NCBI GenBank assembly: GCA_951406725.2
Contig: OX597824.1
Coordinates: 26,908,001-26,972,000 of the forward strand
From: Octopus vulgaris
Taxonomy: Eukaryota
Length of the DNA stretch: 64,000 bases
Direction: 5' to 3'
Position numbers and translations under genes: made by a program. Within the stretch, counting starts at the first letter, position 1. Every line of letters starts with the position of its first letter. Below the pieces are notes generated by a model that was not told the DNA's origin, did no database searches, and saw nothing but the letters and a program-made list of their open reading frames with translations. Shown piece after piece: positions 42,561 to 58,050 of the stretch.

Positions 42561-44187
42561 TATCACTACCACCACTACCACCTCCTCTTCCTCCACCATC
42601 TCCTCCTCTCCCCTTCCTTCTTCTCCTTCTCCTTCTCATCTTCCTCCCCCATCCCTTCCTTCTCTTCTTTTATCTTTTCCTCTACTTCTACCTCCTCTTC
42701 CTCCTCCTACTTATTGTTCTTCTCCCCCTCTTTCTCTCCCTCCCCGTCTCCCTTCCCCTTCTATCCTCACCTTCTCCTCCCTATCATTTCCCTCTTCCCT
42801 TTATTCTCTCCCTCTCTCCCGTTATCCTTTCCATCCACCGTCACCATTGTCTTTATCAGATCTTCCTCTTCCTTCTCAGCAACCACCACCACCACCACCG
42901 CCACCACCACCACAACCACCACTTCCTCCTCCTCCTCCTCCTCCTCCTCCTCCACCATCTCCTTCTCCCCATCTCCTCCTCCTCCGCCGCCGCCGCCGCC
43001 ACATCTTGTTCTTCTTTCACTCCCCCTTCTTCCTTTTCTCCTTCTTTCCATCTTCCTTCTCCGCACTTTCCTTCACTTCCATTAAGACTTTCCCTACTTC
43101 TACCTCCCCCTCCTCCTCCTCCTCCTTCTCTCCTTCCTCCGCTTCATCCTCCTCCTTTTTGTTTTTCTGCCCTCCTCTTCTTCCCCTCTTTCTCCTCTTC
43201 CCCTTCTCCTTTCTCTCTTCTTATTCTCTACCTCTCCCCCCGTTATCCCCTCCCTCCTCCCATTATCCTCTTCTTCCTCCCCTTCTTCATCCCCTTCTCG
43301 CACTCCTCTTCTTCGTTATCATCATCAATATCGACATTTTCCAACGGGAAGAAATAAATCTGAAAATTCTAAAAAAAAAAAAAAAGCAAGACAAACAAAA
43401 ACAAAAAGACCGCAGACCAACAAACAAATAAAATGTAAATAAAATAAAATAAAATAAAAATCGATGCTACGAAAGTCAAAAACCCCTTTGCTCCTATCCC
43501 TTTTCCATTGCTATATCACCTCTCTTAATTTCCCTACTCTCTCTCCTCCTCCTTCTCTTCTCCTTGATAATATTACCGCCGCCATCTTGACACGCCATCT
43601 TTAAACTAAGCCTATTGTATAAATGTGAATAGCAGCAATTAGATGAACGCTGCACTTCTCAAGCAGGTTTTATAAATCATGCATTTACTAAATAACCGGC
43701 ACTGTTTGGGGTCTGTTTCGTCTGTCTTTTATAACGCTATCTCTGCAGTATAAGTGTTGGTTGTTGTCTCCTATGGCGGTGCAAGTCGTGTTTAACTGTT
43801 TGTTTGTGTGCATGTGTATATGTGTAATGTGTTAGTGTGTATGTGTATGTGTATATGTTTGTGTGAGCATAGGTGTATATGTGCTTGAGTACGGGTGTTG
43901 TCGACGTTACATTTCTCAAGCTGATATATTTGCATATATTTGTTTTTCACCCATGCCCTGTATACATGTGTGTATATATATTTTATATATTAAACGAATA
44001 AGGTTACATATATGTGAATTCATGTATATATATATATATATATATAATTTATATACATGCGCGTGTGTAAAACTGAGTATATATAGTACAAATATCTTCA
44101 TCTATATATTTCTCTCTGTCTCTGTCTCTCTCTGTCTCTTTCATCCTCTCTGTCTGTCTGTCTATCCATCCACCCATCCATCCATCC

Positions 44188-44250
<63 letters not shown>

Positions 44251-44410
44251 CATCCATCCATCCATCCATCCATCTATCCATCCATCCATCCATCCATCCA
44301 TCCATCCGTCCGTCCGTCCGTCCGTCCATCCGTCAGTCTGTCTATCTATCTGTCTGTCTGTCTATGTATGTATGTATGTATGTATGTATGTATGTATGTA
44401 TGTATGTATG

Positions 44411-44500
<90 letters not shown>

Positions 44501-44510
44501 CCTATCTATC

Positions 44511-45585
44511 CGCTCCCTGTGAAAGGGAAGCGTTCCGATGGTTAGGCAATCCATTTACTGTCAACACCTGCTAAATGGAGAGCTAGGCATGCCGTGGTTG
44601 ATGATGCGCAGACATGCGCTGAGACTGCGACATCTCCGGCGTTTCATACACGACGGTGAACAGGTGTGGTCGCCTTTTGTGCGGCGCGCTTTCCCGCAGT
44701 TCGTCTCCTCGGCCGAACTACAATAGTGGATCAAACAGAGACCGAGGCTAGGCGAATGGCACCGCGACTGTCGCGTTGCTCTCAAGCAACTCTGCCGTTC
44801 GGGTCCAAATTTGTGCGACTTCATTACAAAAAAGGCGTTCTAAAGAGGATTAGTTGAGGGGAGGTGCGACGAAGTTCTCGAGCAGAATCAGGGCGTCGAC
44901 AACAGACACCTGACCCGCCTGTTCAGGACAACTTTCGAGCCGGGACCTATGGACAATCATCAAAGATCCCTGGCAGTGCTATCGAGAAGCATTACCTGTT
45001 CGGAATAAGCTCTACAGGCACGGTTCGAGACACACTGGACCGACTTGCCTGAGATGCGGTCAGAGCGACGAAATCGTTCTGCACGCACTCGTGCAGTGTC
45101 CATCCATTTCGGACCTGTGAGTTTATGCCGAACGGCTGCTGTCACACGTGGGATGAGTCCGCCTGTCGGCCGAGCCTATCTTCAAACTTGCACCGCTCCC
45201 CTCCCTCAACCGGGAAGCAAGGCAGTTTTCATCGTACTGGTGGCCATGGTGAAAGAATGTGTGTGGCGGACTCGAGCGAAAAGACTAGAGACAAACACTT
45301 ACCTCTCTGGCCAATCGCTCATCAACTTTTTCAAGTACCACTTGAAAAGGAAGGTGAGAATGGAGAGGCAGGTTTTGTCTCGTGAAAGTTTAAAAAAGAA
45401 GGTGGGTGAATGTAGCAAAGATGGTGCGTGCGAGTGACGAAACCACTTTGAGCATGATCCTGTGAATCGTAAAAGAGAGAGAGAGAGAGCACTTTGCTCT
45501 TTTGTGTTTATATCCTCCCTGCCTGAGGTTACCGTGGTCTTTATGCAAGCTTTTCTTTCCATGGATAAACCTAATCTTGTTTCTT
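44511..45585 (+). mobile_element. Second, more decayed copy of the same Tx1/L1-clade LINE 3' region
   Basis: Colinear with about 20550-21650 ([20 protein letters not shown]; [19 protein letters not shown]), with stops and frameshifts. Confidence 0.88.
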
Positions 45586-46336
45586 ACTCGTTAAAAATTT
45601 ATTCTGTGAAACACGATCATTTATTACGTGCGATGGTTTCGCTGAAGTGGTTTGGTTGTTGGATAGAATGCCCTACAGTATTAATTATGGCCCACTACGT
45701 TCTGAGTTCAAATCTCACCGAGGTCGACTTCTATTAGCCACCTCCTATCATTCCACAACAGTGGTTCTCAACCGGGATCCATATCAGAATTTGTTGACAA
45801 AATTTATCTGCAATAGATTGCTTGTACTTTTACAATTTACAGAATATTTTAAGAATTAAAAAAAAAATGCAATTGGTAATAATATATAATTCTATAAATA
45901 TATAGGGTTGTCTGGAAAGTTCGTGCCGATTTTTAAAGGAAAGGAAAAGGTTAATAACTACTTGTCATTATATTTTTAATCAACCATTTTGTTGCACAAT
46001 GCGTCTGCATCTTTCCTTTAACTTGAACATATATATACATGCACACATATATATATATACATAAATACACCTATCTATGCATATATATATATAATTGATA
46101 TAGGATAAAAAAATTTTCCCGAAAAAAAATTTATCCTATATCAATTATAAATAGATAAGTGTTCACTTCCGGATTCTATCACTCTGTGAAAGTTTCTAGT
46201 TCGAATCACACGTGTCTCGAGGTGCGCCGAAGATTTTTCTATTTTTGATATATTTGGGGTACTTAAGTCTGCTCGGGGCTTGGTGCTTGCTTCTTCCGTG
46301 GGTATGAATAAGTATTTCATTTATATCTCGCGTATG

Positions 46337-46395
46337 TGCCGCTGAAGAGGGGAAATTTTCTTGTGAATTAACCTCGAAATTGGACCAGTACGGTA
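46337..46395 (+). ncRNA. Type I hammerhead ribozyme, intact core
   Basis: Stem I tgccg/cggta; CTGAAGA 46342-46348; stem II gggg/cctc plus aatt/aatt; GAAA 46376-46379; near-palindromic stem III attggaccagt; GUA triplet ending 46390. Confidence 0.75.
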
Positions 46396-46515
46396 ATAAC
46401 GAATTTTTTAGAGATTTCTATCGGTTTGTTTCGAGACGCATAAATTTAATGGTTTTCGACAATTTTTTTGTTTCGGCGTATCTGGCATTAGAATTTTTCT
46501 TCTGCCCTTATCTTG

Positions 46516-46589
<74 letters not shown>

Positions 46590-46678
46590 TATATATAAAC
46601 ACATGTATATATACATGTGTGTATATGTATATATATGGGGAGAGAGAGAGAGAGACAGAGAAATTCATAGGTATGTAC

Positions 46679-46724
<46 letters not shown>

Positions 46725-46825
46725 GCATACACGTATATATGTATATATATATATATAATTATATTCATACTATATATACGTACATACCTCCCTCCCTCCT
46801 ATTCTCTTTCTTTCTCTCTCTCTCT

Positions 46826-46911
<86 letters not shown>

Positions 46912-47854
46912 ATACACATATACATACATACGTACATGCATGTATACATATACATATACATATACACATACATATGTGAGGTGAGTATGTGTTTGTGAAT
47001 GTATATTATATATATGCATGTGTCTTTATGCACGCGTTGTATGCGTATCAATATGCTCGTTTGTGTATACAGTACATTACAAATGCAAACCACCACCACC
47101 ACCACCACCCCCATCATGCAATACCATACCGAAACCACATCATATAACATGTCACATCTCGTTTGCAGGAGCACGACGGCTACATCAGGCGATAAAACGA
47201 CATCCACGGCGTCGCCGTCGGCTTCGTCTTCGACCTCGGCGTCATATTCCACACCATCGCTGCTTCTGTGTTTGCCACGCCCGAATATACAATATGAATA
47301 CGTAAGCATAAATAATAATATCATTACGAAGCAATACGTAAAAGTGTATGGTGAACCGTGTGATAATATGCAATACATGTTCTGCTCATGTAATGTTGAA
47401 ATCATTATAAGGTGTCTTTATTGCTTAATTTTTGCACCGATGCATAAAACGGTGCGTACATGCTCACATGTTCGTTATTGCATATGCAAACAGCAATTGT
47501 GCACCGGAATAAAAGTGTCTATGGAAAAGTGCAATCGTGCATGATATCGTCTTTGGCTACATTACTTACTTGAGAAGATCGAATGCTTATGCAGATTTTA
47601 CTAAAAGACTTTTGCACACAAGTCCAATCACATGCGTATCTAAACATACAAACAGACACTCATACATACACATGCACACATACTCCCCCATATGATATAT
47701 ATACACATGCATGCATACCCGTGTGTATGTATGTATGTGTGTGTGCGTGTGTATATATATATATATATACATACATACATATATATATATATACATATAT
47801 ACATATATACATATATACATATATACATATATATATATATACATATATACATAT

Positions 47855-47997
<143 letters not shown>

Positions 47998-48000
47998 TAC

Positions 48001-48063
<63 letters not shown>

Positions 48064-49049
48064 CATTTCATATGATCGTATGGTGACACAAACACTTAAA
48101 AGTTGATAGCACCCCTTTCTCTTACTATCTGTATTGTTTAATAGAAAACAGAAGGGGAAAAGCCTATAGACTTGTCTAACGTTGCAGTCGTTACTGTTCT
48201 AGCCCTAGGCCAGCGTTGACATAAGAGATCCATGATCAGAAGACATGCTAGCCGTGACCATCGCAACATTTGCTAATGTGTTCATTCCTACGTTATGTTG
48301 GAAATTGGAAACAATAATAACCGGTTGCTATTTTTAGCAAGCTGTGTGAACGAGCAGAAATTCCTTCGTAAAGTTTTCGAAGTCTGCGTCTATATCTATC
48401 GGCAAGGCATGTGGTTGAGTGGTCAGGGTATGAGACTTATAACTGTAGGGTCGTGAGTTCGATTCCCTGTAGCGTGTTGTGCCCTTGAGCGAGACACTTC
48501 ATTTCACTTTGCTCCCATCCACTCAACTGGCGAAAATTAATAGTTCCTATATTTCAAAGGGCCGCTGAATATTTCTGAGAACTGAGTTAAGGCTACACAT
48601 GTCTGTGGAGTACTCAGCCACTTGCACATCAATTTCACGAGCAGGCTGTTCCATTGATCAGATCAACTGGTACGCTCGTCGTCGTAATCGACGGAGGGTT
48701 AAACCATTTATCTATCTGCACATTTCCCTTTATAAGTGTTAGTGTATAACCACCTATGCGCATATTACATGTGTGTGCCTGTGTGAAAGAAAAGGAGAAA
48801 TCGGTTTATCCCCACAGCACTTGCTTCGTATTTTATTGACTCAAAGAGCTAAGTTGACCTCGGCGGGATCTGAACTCGAAATGTAAAGAGACAGAAGAAA
48901 TACCTCTAAGCAATTTTGCCCGATGTGCTAACGATTCTACCAACTCACCACCTTACGCAATTGACATGTTAGTGTATATATAAACCATAATATGTAAGGA
49001 GGCGTGAGACCAATTGACAACCTGTTTACGACCGTTTCGTATCCCAAGG

Positions 49050-49120
<71 letters not shown>

Positions 49121-49251
49121 TTTTTGAAAGAAAATCGGCACTTGCTTTCGCTGCCGAAAAAACCACGCGTGCGCGGTGAATTTTGAAGAATTATAACATA
49201 TAAACACGAGGCATGTTCTTTATCGCCTCGTCTTTATATTTTAGCCTTGGA

Positions 49252-49330
49252 TTCTTGCTGAAGAGAGCTTCGCCAATTGTAAATTATGTTATTTACAAAA
49301 GATTGCTTGAAACTATGCATAGTCCAGGAA
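49252..49330 (+). ncRNA. Type I hammerhead ribozyme, intact core
   Basis: Stem I ttcttg/caggaa; CTGAAGA 49258-49264; stem II gagc/gctt extended by ttgtaaat/atttacaa; GAAA 49309-49312; stem III is the perfect palindrome actatgcatagt; GUC cleavage triplet ending 49324. Lies in an approx. 350-bp unit between (TA)n tracts. Confidence 0.85.
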
Positions 49331-49463
49331 AAATAAGGTAAATGTTATTATTTTTCATTCCTTTCAGAATTACAACTATTAGTGGTTTGTAGTTTAACTA
49401 CTCTCTCTAGCGAATCAGATGGCCTGTACATGGCCATCTCTTATGTGTTTAAATGTACACTGA

Positions 49464-49511
<48 letters not shown>

Positions 49512-49785
49512 GTAACTTTTTAATTTTAAAAGCAAAATATATCTATCTTAGCTTCAGTGATAGAAGAAAGCATGAGAAATTTGCCAGTTTTCCCTTGATG
49601 ATAGAATCCGTACTTATTGGAATATCTCCATGTGACTGGCCTTCTGCGTATTTCTTCTGCAAGTTATGACTATTGCGATTATTACTCAAATTTGTGCTTC
49701 CTGAAACAGCTGTCGAGTTCAGGAATTCCATACCTTCATATTTCTCTGTATTTATGCGCTCCGTGTAAATATACGTGTATATTAT

Positions 49786-49822
<37 letters not shown>

Positions 49823-49832
49823 CATACGTACA

Positions 49833-49864
<32 letters not shown>

Positions 49865-50570
49865 CATATGCATACATACATACATATATATATATACATA
49901 TATATATGCACGGTTTGTATATAGATGTATATACATCTGTATACCTGCGTATATATGTCCATATGTGTATCTGTGTATATATGTGATGCATGTGTGAGTA
50001 GGGGAGCGTTTGTTATTTATGACTTTATTGCCGCTTATTTTCTCACAAAATAAATAAAATTCAATAGAATCAGTGATAACAACACAAAACTGAAACACTA
50101 GTCAGAACCTCAACAATAAGATTACCATAAAAAGCAGACTGGATAAGATTTGTGTGGAAAGTGGGTGGATTTGGAACATCTGTGATTTGTAACATCTGTA
50201 GAAGAGGAATGAAAACGTAAACAGTATCCTATGACTGTGTATAGATACATAAATACATGCATGCATACATACATACATACATACATACATACATACATAC
50301 ATACATACATACATACATACATACATGGATACATACATACATACATACTTACGTACAAGTGTATGAATATATACATATATATATACACATGCATATTGAT
50401 AAATGAATATACATATTTATATACATTTTTGCCTGCATCTTCCCTTATTATGTATATATATACATATACATATATATATACATATATAAACGTGCATATC
50501 GACAGATGAAAATACATATTTATAAACACTTTTGCTTGCGTATTCACACATATGTATACATTTAAATAGA

Positions 50571-51542
<972 letters not shown>

Positions 51543-51874
51543 TATATAAAGAAAAGTGAAAAGTGAGAAATATTGATTTACATCAAATATTATTTATTAA
51601 TTCAATACAAATAAACTGTGACAAATGAATGAATGAATGAATTAATAAATAATAATTTATGTAAGTCAATTATTGTTCATCAATATTTCTCTATTTTCTG
51701 TGTTCTTTAAATCTTGATAAGCCCATTTTAATCTTTGTTTATACCTATAATTTATCAGTATAATATGCTTGCATCTGTATGCCCATGGTTAAACATAAGT
51801 AATATACCGGTAGTTTAATGGATACTTGTATCCCTTAGACGGTTATCGTATCATCTAAGGTAAACTTATATATA

Positions 51875-51954
<80 letters not shown>

Positions 51955-52008
51955 GTGAATGGAAGAAATGGAGTTGAACGAAGATTGTACAGAATTCCTT
52001 TTATTACA

Positions 52009-52088
52009 TTCTACACATGTTTCAAAGGCCACAATTTTCCAAATTCTGATTAAATAAGGATACCATATTGCAGCTTTCTCTTCAGGAA
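52009..52088 (-). ncRNA. Type I hammerhead ribozyme, intact core
   Basis: Minus strand reads ttc-CTGAAGA-gaaagctgcaat...attgtggccttt-GAAA-catgtg-TA-gaa: long stem II, GUA triplet, 3-bp stem I. Confidence 0.65.
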
Positions 52089-52269
52089 AAACCAGGAATT
52101 ACGTTGTCAGAACAAAACAAAACAAAGGCGCAGCAAAGCAATTCGAACGAGGACGCTCCTTAAGAGCCCATGGGTATGTATATGTATATATAATGTATAT
52201 ATGTATATATTGTATTCTTTAACTTTTTTCAGTAATTCAAATTTGGCCACACTGGAGCACAATACACAC

Positions 52270-52344
<75 letters not shown>

Positions 52345-52952
52345 AACTTGTATATTTGCATGAATATATAAAATACATACATATATACATAAATGCATAT
52401 ATACGTACATATATGCATGCATGCATCAATCCATACGTACACACATAGATATATACATACTTACATACATACATGGAAGCATACTTACAAACCCATGAAC
52501 TGCCGACTTTATAAAGAAAGAAAAAAATAGCAACAATGCTCACGCGTTCTTCATTCACAGCCGCCATTTTGCAATGATTTACGTGGAAGAGATATAATTC
52601 GTAAGTGTTAATGGAGATTGAAATAATAGTTGTAGGAGATGCTTTTAGTTCGGGTTTCACGATAAAATGTTGTCTGGTTTGCATATATTATAGGATGAGA
52701 GGAAATAGAGGAAACACTAAAACAATATAAAGCTGTCAAAACTACGATAACAGTAAAGAACGATTAGAACCCTATTAAAATATAAAATGATAATAGTAAT
52801 AATAATGATGATGATGATGATGATGACCACGATGTCGACAACGATGATGATGATGTTGAGGATGATAATGATGATGATGATGACAACGACGTCGACGACG
52901 ATGATGATGAAGATGATGATGATGAGGATGACGATGACGATGATAATGAAGG

Positions 52953-52984
<32 letters not shown>

Positions 52985-53107
52985 GTGGTGGTGATGATGA
53001 TGATGGATGATTTCTTTTATTTGCCACCCGGGCGAACGATGCTGCCTGCATTACTACTGCTGCTGCTTCTGTTACTGCTACTGCTGCTTCTTCATGTTCC
53101 AGCAACA

Positions 53108-53166
<59 letters not shown>

Positions 53167-53216
53167 CATGTGTATTTTAACAAAAGAGATACTGATGATA
53201 ATCCTGATTGCGACAG

Positions 53217-53273
<57 letters not shown>

Positions 53274-53587
53274 CGACGATGATGAAGGTTGTGATTATGG
53301 CGGTGACGAGGACGACGCCAATGATGATGGTGATGATGGTGAACATAGTGATGAAACTGCCTCTATGAATCCTTCCTCATACAACGGGGTCACCATCTGG
53401 GCCTAGCCATATCTGTATGACTTCATGTATGCGTAAATATGAGTGTGCCCCAATATTGTTTCATTGTGTTTCTGTTGTAATTCTTTCTTACACATACATG
53501 CACTTATGTGTACACGCACACACACACATGTACTGACACATACAGATATACATATACATTCATATATATATATATATAATACATATA

Positions 53588-53637
<50 letters not shown>

Positions 53638-53656
53638 AATATATATATATAAAATA

Positions 53657-53692
<36 letters not shown>

Positions 53693-53872
53693 ATATATAT
53701 AAATATATACCGGAGTAAGCACGTAAATGTGAAACAAGGTGGAAGAAGAGTACTCAAATACCAGAGGTAGAGTAATACTGTCCGACGAACGGGAACGTGT
53801 GACTCCGAGTAACAGCTTTTGTTATATTTCTGCTGCTTTTAGATAAAGTATATAAATATATATACATATATA

Positions 53873-53917
<45 letters not shown>

Positions 53918-53953
53918 CATACATACATACTTATACATGTATATATATATAAA

Positions 53954-54130
53954 ATATTTGCCAGTTAAATGTGGCGGTCCTATAGACGAAGGTGCTACTG
54001 TTGTTATTAGCTCTTGGAGAACATCCCCTCCAGCCGGCTAACGACACAGACAGAGTCCGATTAGTATTTGGGGCTATAATCAACAGTAGCACCGTCCTGA
54101 ATAGGACCGCCACATTTAGTTGGCAAATAT
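53954..54130. repeat. Foldback element with approx. 60-bp inverted arms
   Basis: atatttgccagttaaatgtggcggtcctat...ggtgctactgttg (53954-54013) versus its reverse complement at 54071-54130. Confidence 0.8.
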
Positions 54131-54237
54131 ATTTAGTTGGCATGTATACATTCATACACACACATACGTACACACAAGCACACACACATACGCACATACG
54201 CACTCACACACACAGACACACACACAAACACATATAT

Positions 54238-54400
54238 AGGCGCAGGAGGGGCTATGTGGTAAGTAGATTGCTTAGCAACTACATGGTTCCTGGTTCAGTA
54301 GCACTGCGTGGTACCTTGGTCAAGTGTCTTCTACTATAGCCTCGAGCCCACCAAAGACTTGTCAGTGGATTTGGTTGACGGAAAATGAAAGAAGCTCGTC

Positions 54401-54463
<63 letters not shown>

Positions 54464-54710
54464 TATATATATGTATGTATGTATGTATGTACATATGTGC
54501 ATGTATGTTCATGTGTCTGTGTTTGGCCCCCCACCATCGCTTGACAACCGATGCTGGTGTGTTTACGTCCCCGTAAGTATGCTATTCAGCAAAAGCTTCT
54601 GATAAAATAAGTACTGGGCTTACAAACAGTAAATCCCGGAATCGATTTGCTCGACTAAAGGCGAGGCTCTAGCATGGCTGCAGTCAAATCACTGAAACAA
54701 GTAAGAGAAT
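54238..54710 (+). mobile_element. SINE-A
   Basis: Full-length homology. Confidence 0.85.
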
Positions 54711-55216
54711 AAAATAATATATATCTATGTGCATGTGTATGCAAATGTTTGTGCACGTGCCTATGTATGTGTTGGGTATACATGTGCATGTGCTTGAGTG
54801 TTAGTCAGTAACAGTATGGAATGGGAGGTGAGAGGGACAATAGGATACGGACTTTCATAGCTTTTAAATACATTATATCATGAGAACATTTTTATAAACA
54901 GCCGTACAGGGCTTTATGAGACGTACAGGGTTCAATTCTATGAAGTGGTTTGGTGGCCACGCACCCTCTCCATCTTGAATGGGTATTTGCACGAACTTCT
55001 AAGCTGTTTTCACCCCTATTCTGAGTCTGAGATTTCCCTTATTTTCTGCAAAATACGTTATATTATGTCTGAATTCCTGTCAGTCTGTCTGTACGTCTAT
55101 CCGTCTATCTGTATGCATGCATGCATATATGTATACATATACATACATATATACATACATACAAACACAGATGTATATGTATATATATATGTATATATAT
55201 ATACATATATATATAC

Positions 55217-55289
<73 letters not shown>

Positions 55290-55438
55290 GTATATATATA
55301 TGCATATATATATACGTATATATACATATACATGTGTGTTTGTATGTATGTATATATGTATGTATATGTATACATATATGCGTGCATGCATACAGATATA
55401 TAGGCGCATACAGATATATAAATATATATATATATATA

Positions 55439-55968
55439 TTGATAAAACGGTAAGATAACAAAAGAAAGAAAGAGACCTCAATATTATGTAAATAGAGGAA
55501 ATTTATCTATACAATATGTTACATTACTCGGTAGTCAAGATAAAACTCTGAGTTTCAGATGCCGAAGTGGAAATCCACAACACCATCTCTTCGGTTATCT
55601 GGCAATGCGTCCATATTAGATTCTTTTGTTTGTGAGAGTCCTCAACCGATGTTAGGCGATAATCCCAAAAAGGTCGTATTAGCTCTTAGTTGAGAATAAC
55701 GTCGTCCGGGAGGTGATTTATTGATAAAACGGTAAGATAACAAAAGAAAGAAAGAGACCTCAATATTATGTAAATAGAGGAAATTTATCTATACAATATG
55801 TTACATTACTCGGTAGTCAAGATAAAACTCTGAGTTTCAGATGCCGAAGTGGAAATCCACAACACCATCTCTTCGAAGATAACCGAAGAGATGGTGTTGT
55901 GGATTTCCACTTCGGCATCTGAAACTCAGAGTTTTATCTTGACTACCGAGTAATGTAACATATTGTAT

Positions 55969-55973
<5 letters not shown>
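55439..55973. mobile_element. Young Penelope-like terminal-repeat structure: 282-bp tandem repeat plus inverted partial copy
   Basis: gataaaacggtaagataac... at 55441 and 55723 is near identical. 55877-55973 is the reverse complement of the preceding unit. Flanked by (TA)n; contains hammerhead motifs. Confidence 0.75.
55877..55939 (+). ncRNA. Hammerhead motif, CCGAAGA core variant (also on the minus strand at 55538-55600)
   Basis: agataa-CCGAAGA-gatg...gtgga tt tccac...catc-t-GAAA-ctcagag-TT-ttatct; 6-bp stem I, stem III actc/gagt. Confidence 0.6.
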
Positions 55974-56009
<36 letters not shown>

Positions 56010-56019
56010 CATGTAAGTA

Positions 56020-56073
<54 letters not shown>

Positions 56074-56659
56074 TACCTACATGTGTATATATATATATAT
56101 GTGTGTGTTTACCACCCCTAAATATATACATACAAACGCACGTACATGCACACGCCTATATACACGCTCTCAGAATCAGGTCACGTGATTTTACTCTGTT
56201 ATGGCGAACAGCCATGTCTGAGGTGCAGATTTTGTGCTCTGTTTTAACTAAACTTTGATTTCCCCTAACTCTCACCTGACACTATTTCTAATCAGTTCCA
56301 ATCACCCCATGTAAAAACATGGATATCGATTTAATTTTTTTTTTTTTTGCCAACCATGTACGTACATGTATATTGATTCTTTTTCTGACCGTACTGCCTT
56401 ATACCCTTTGAAGAACGAATGCTTCTCATACCATATTCCTCTCTCCGATCCCTGGAGATAAGATTGGAACGTTGTGACACAATTATGATCTCTCACATCT
56501 CTACAAGTGTCTCGTGGAGAGTTACGTTATATTTTTGTTTTCCGTAATTAATTCTTAAATTAATATACATAATCAAATACATAGATACATAGTTACATAC
56601 ATGCATACATACATACATACATATATACATACATAAATACATACATACATACACATAAA

Positions 56660-56718
<59 letters not shown>

Positions 56719-56892
56719 TTATATATTGATGAGACAAGAAGCTTTGTCATAACTAATTAGCAATTAACTGCTATTACCACCATCAACACCACCACAACCA
56801 CAACCGCCACTACTCCTACAATTGATGATGACGATGATGATGATGATGATGATAATGATATTACTACTACTAACAACAACAACAACAACAAC

Positions 56893-56975
<83 letters not shown>

Positions 56976-57004
56976 CAATATTAATGATAATAATGATTAT
57001 AATA

Positions 57005-57550
57005 ATAATATGCCCTGATGCAGTACCAGGCAGTGGCTCTCATGACTTCTGATCTTAACTGATTGGAAGTGTCATCATGTACATTATTTTGTCTTGGTAT
57101 AAAAGATGGGCTACAGCAAATATTCGGCTCAATACCGCAGATTTGCTTGTCAGTTGCTTAACCTTAACTGGTGGCTGATGATATGTGCATCCCTGATCAC
57201 AAGCAGAAGTAGTGGGGAGTATCATAGCCATGTGTCGAGAGGGATTCTTTAGGGTTTGAATAATTCACCTCTGGAAGCACGGGTGTTTCGTTCAACATCC
57301 TTAAACAACCCTTATTCAGAGACCTTTTGAGCGGGATTGGTTACTCGACCAGGAGAAAATTCTAACTGGGCCCCACCTGCAAGGTTATGCGCTGTTTATC
57401 TTCATATGAGATCACCATGTCGCGCACATATGGTTGTGATGCATGGGTCTGGTGTACCCTTACCAGACATGTAGTCATGATGGGTATACTGGGCTTCGTA
57501 TGTTTTACCCCAGTGTCACTTTGATGGCATGAACTGCTCTCTCGCTCAAT
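57005..57550. mobile_element. Unclassified approx. 545-bp interspersed element within trinucleotide microsatellites
   Basis: Complex-sequence island of higher GC, sharply bounded by (AAT)n and (GTA)n; single copy in this window. Confidence 0.4.
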
Positions 57551-57551
57551 G

Positions 57552-57600
<49 letters not shown>

Positions 57601-57668
57601 GAGTAGTAGTAGTAGTAGTAGTAGTAGTAGGAGGAGGAGGAGGAGGAGGAGGAGGAGGAGTAGTAGTA

Positions 57669-57727
<59 letters not shown>

Positions 57728-57859
57728 GAGAAGGAGAAGAAGAAGAAGAAGAAGAAAGAGAAGAAGAAGAAGAAGAAGAAAAAGAAGAAGAAGAAGAAGA
57801 AGAAGAAGAAGAAGAAGAAGAACAAGAACAACAAGAACAACAACAACAACAACAATAAT

Positions 57860-58050
57860 CTAAAAACATTAGAGATACCCTACAATCTAGATGTATTGCA
57901 AAAGTCGACACTACTTGGAACTGCATGCATATTGCGTCAAGTATGGTCTGCCTGAGGTCCATGTTGTGACTTCACAAACAGTAAAAACCTCCAGTTAACA
58001 CAATATCTTCAATGCACAACTGCACGATATTGTATACTGTGCGACATCTA
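57860..58050 (+). mobile_element. 3' end of an R4/Dong-like (restriction-like endonuclease) non-LTR retrotransposon
   Basis: 57860-57955 reads LKTLEIPYNLDVLQKSTLLGTACILRQVWSA*, like the conserved QKxxxLGTAxILRxV C-terminus; flanked by AAT/AAC microsatellites. Confidence 0.7.

Noticed and set aside
42442-43431. 329-aa Pro/Ser-rich ORF and overlapping ORFs
   Set aside because: Polypyrimidine and trinucleotide low-complexity tract that lacks stops by composition.
45903-46025. Mariner-like TIR start; also hAT-like ends at about 4845-5041 and 45759
   Set aside because: Single or heavily decayed ends without a verifiable partner TIR or TSD; too weak to annotate.
46999-47544. 181-aa ORF in partly unique sequence
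   Set aside because: Starts in microsatellite, low-complexity Thr/Ser content, no recognisable domain.
52764-53406. Asp-rich and Met-rich ORFs
   Set aside because: (GAT)n and (CTA)n microsatellites; no splice or domain evidence.
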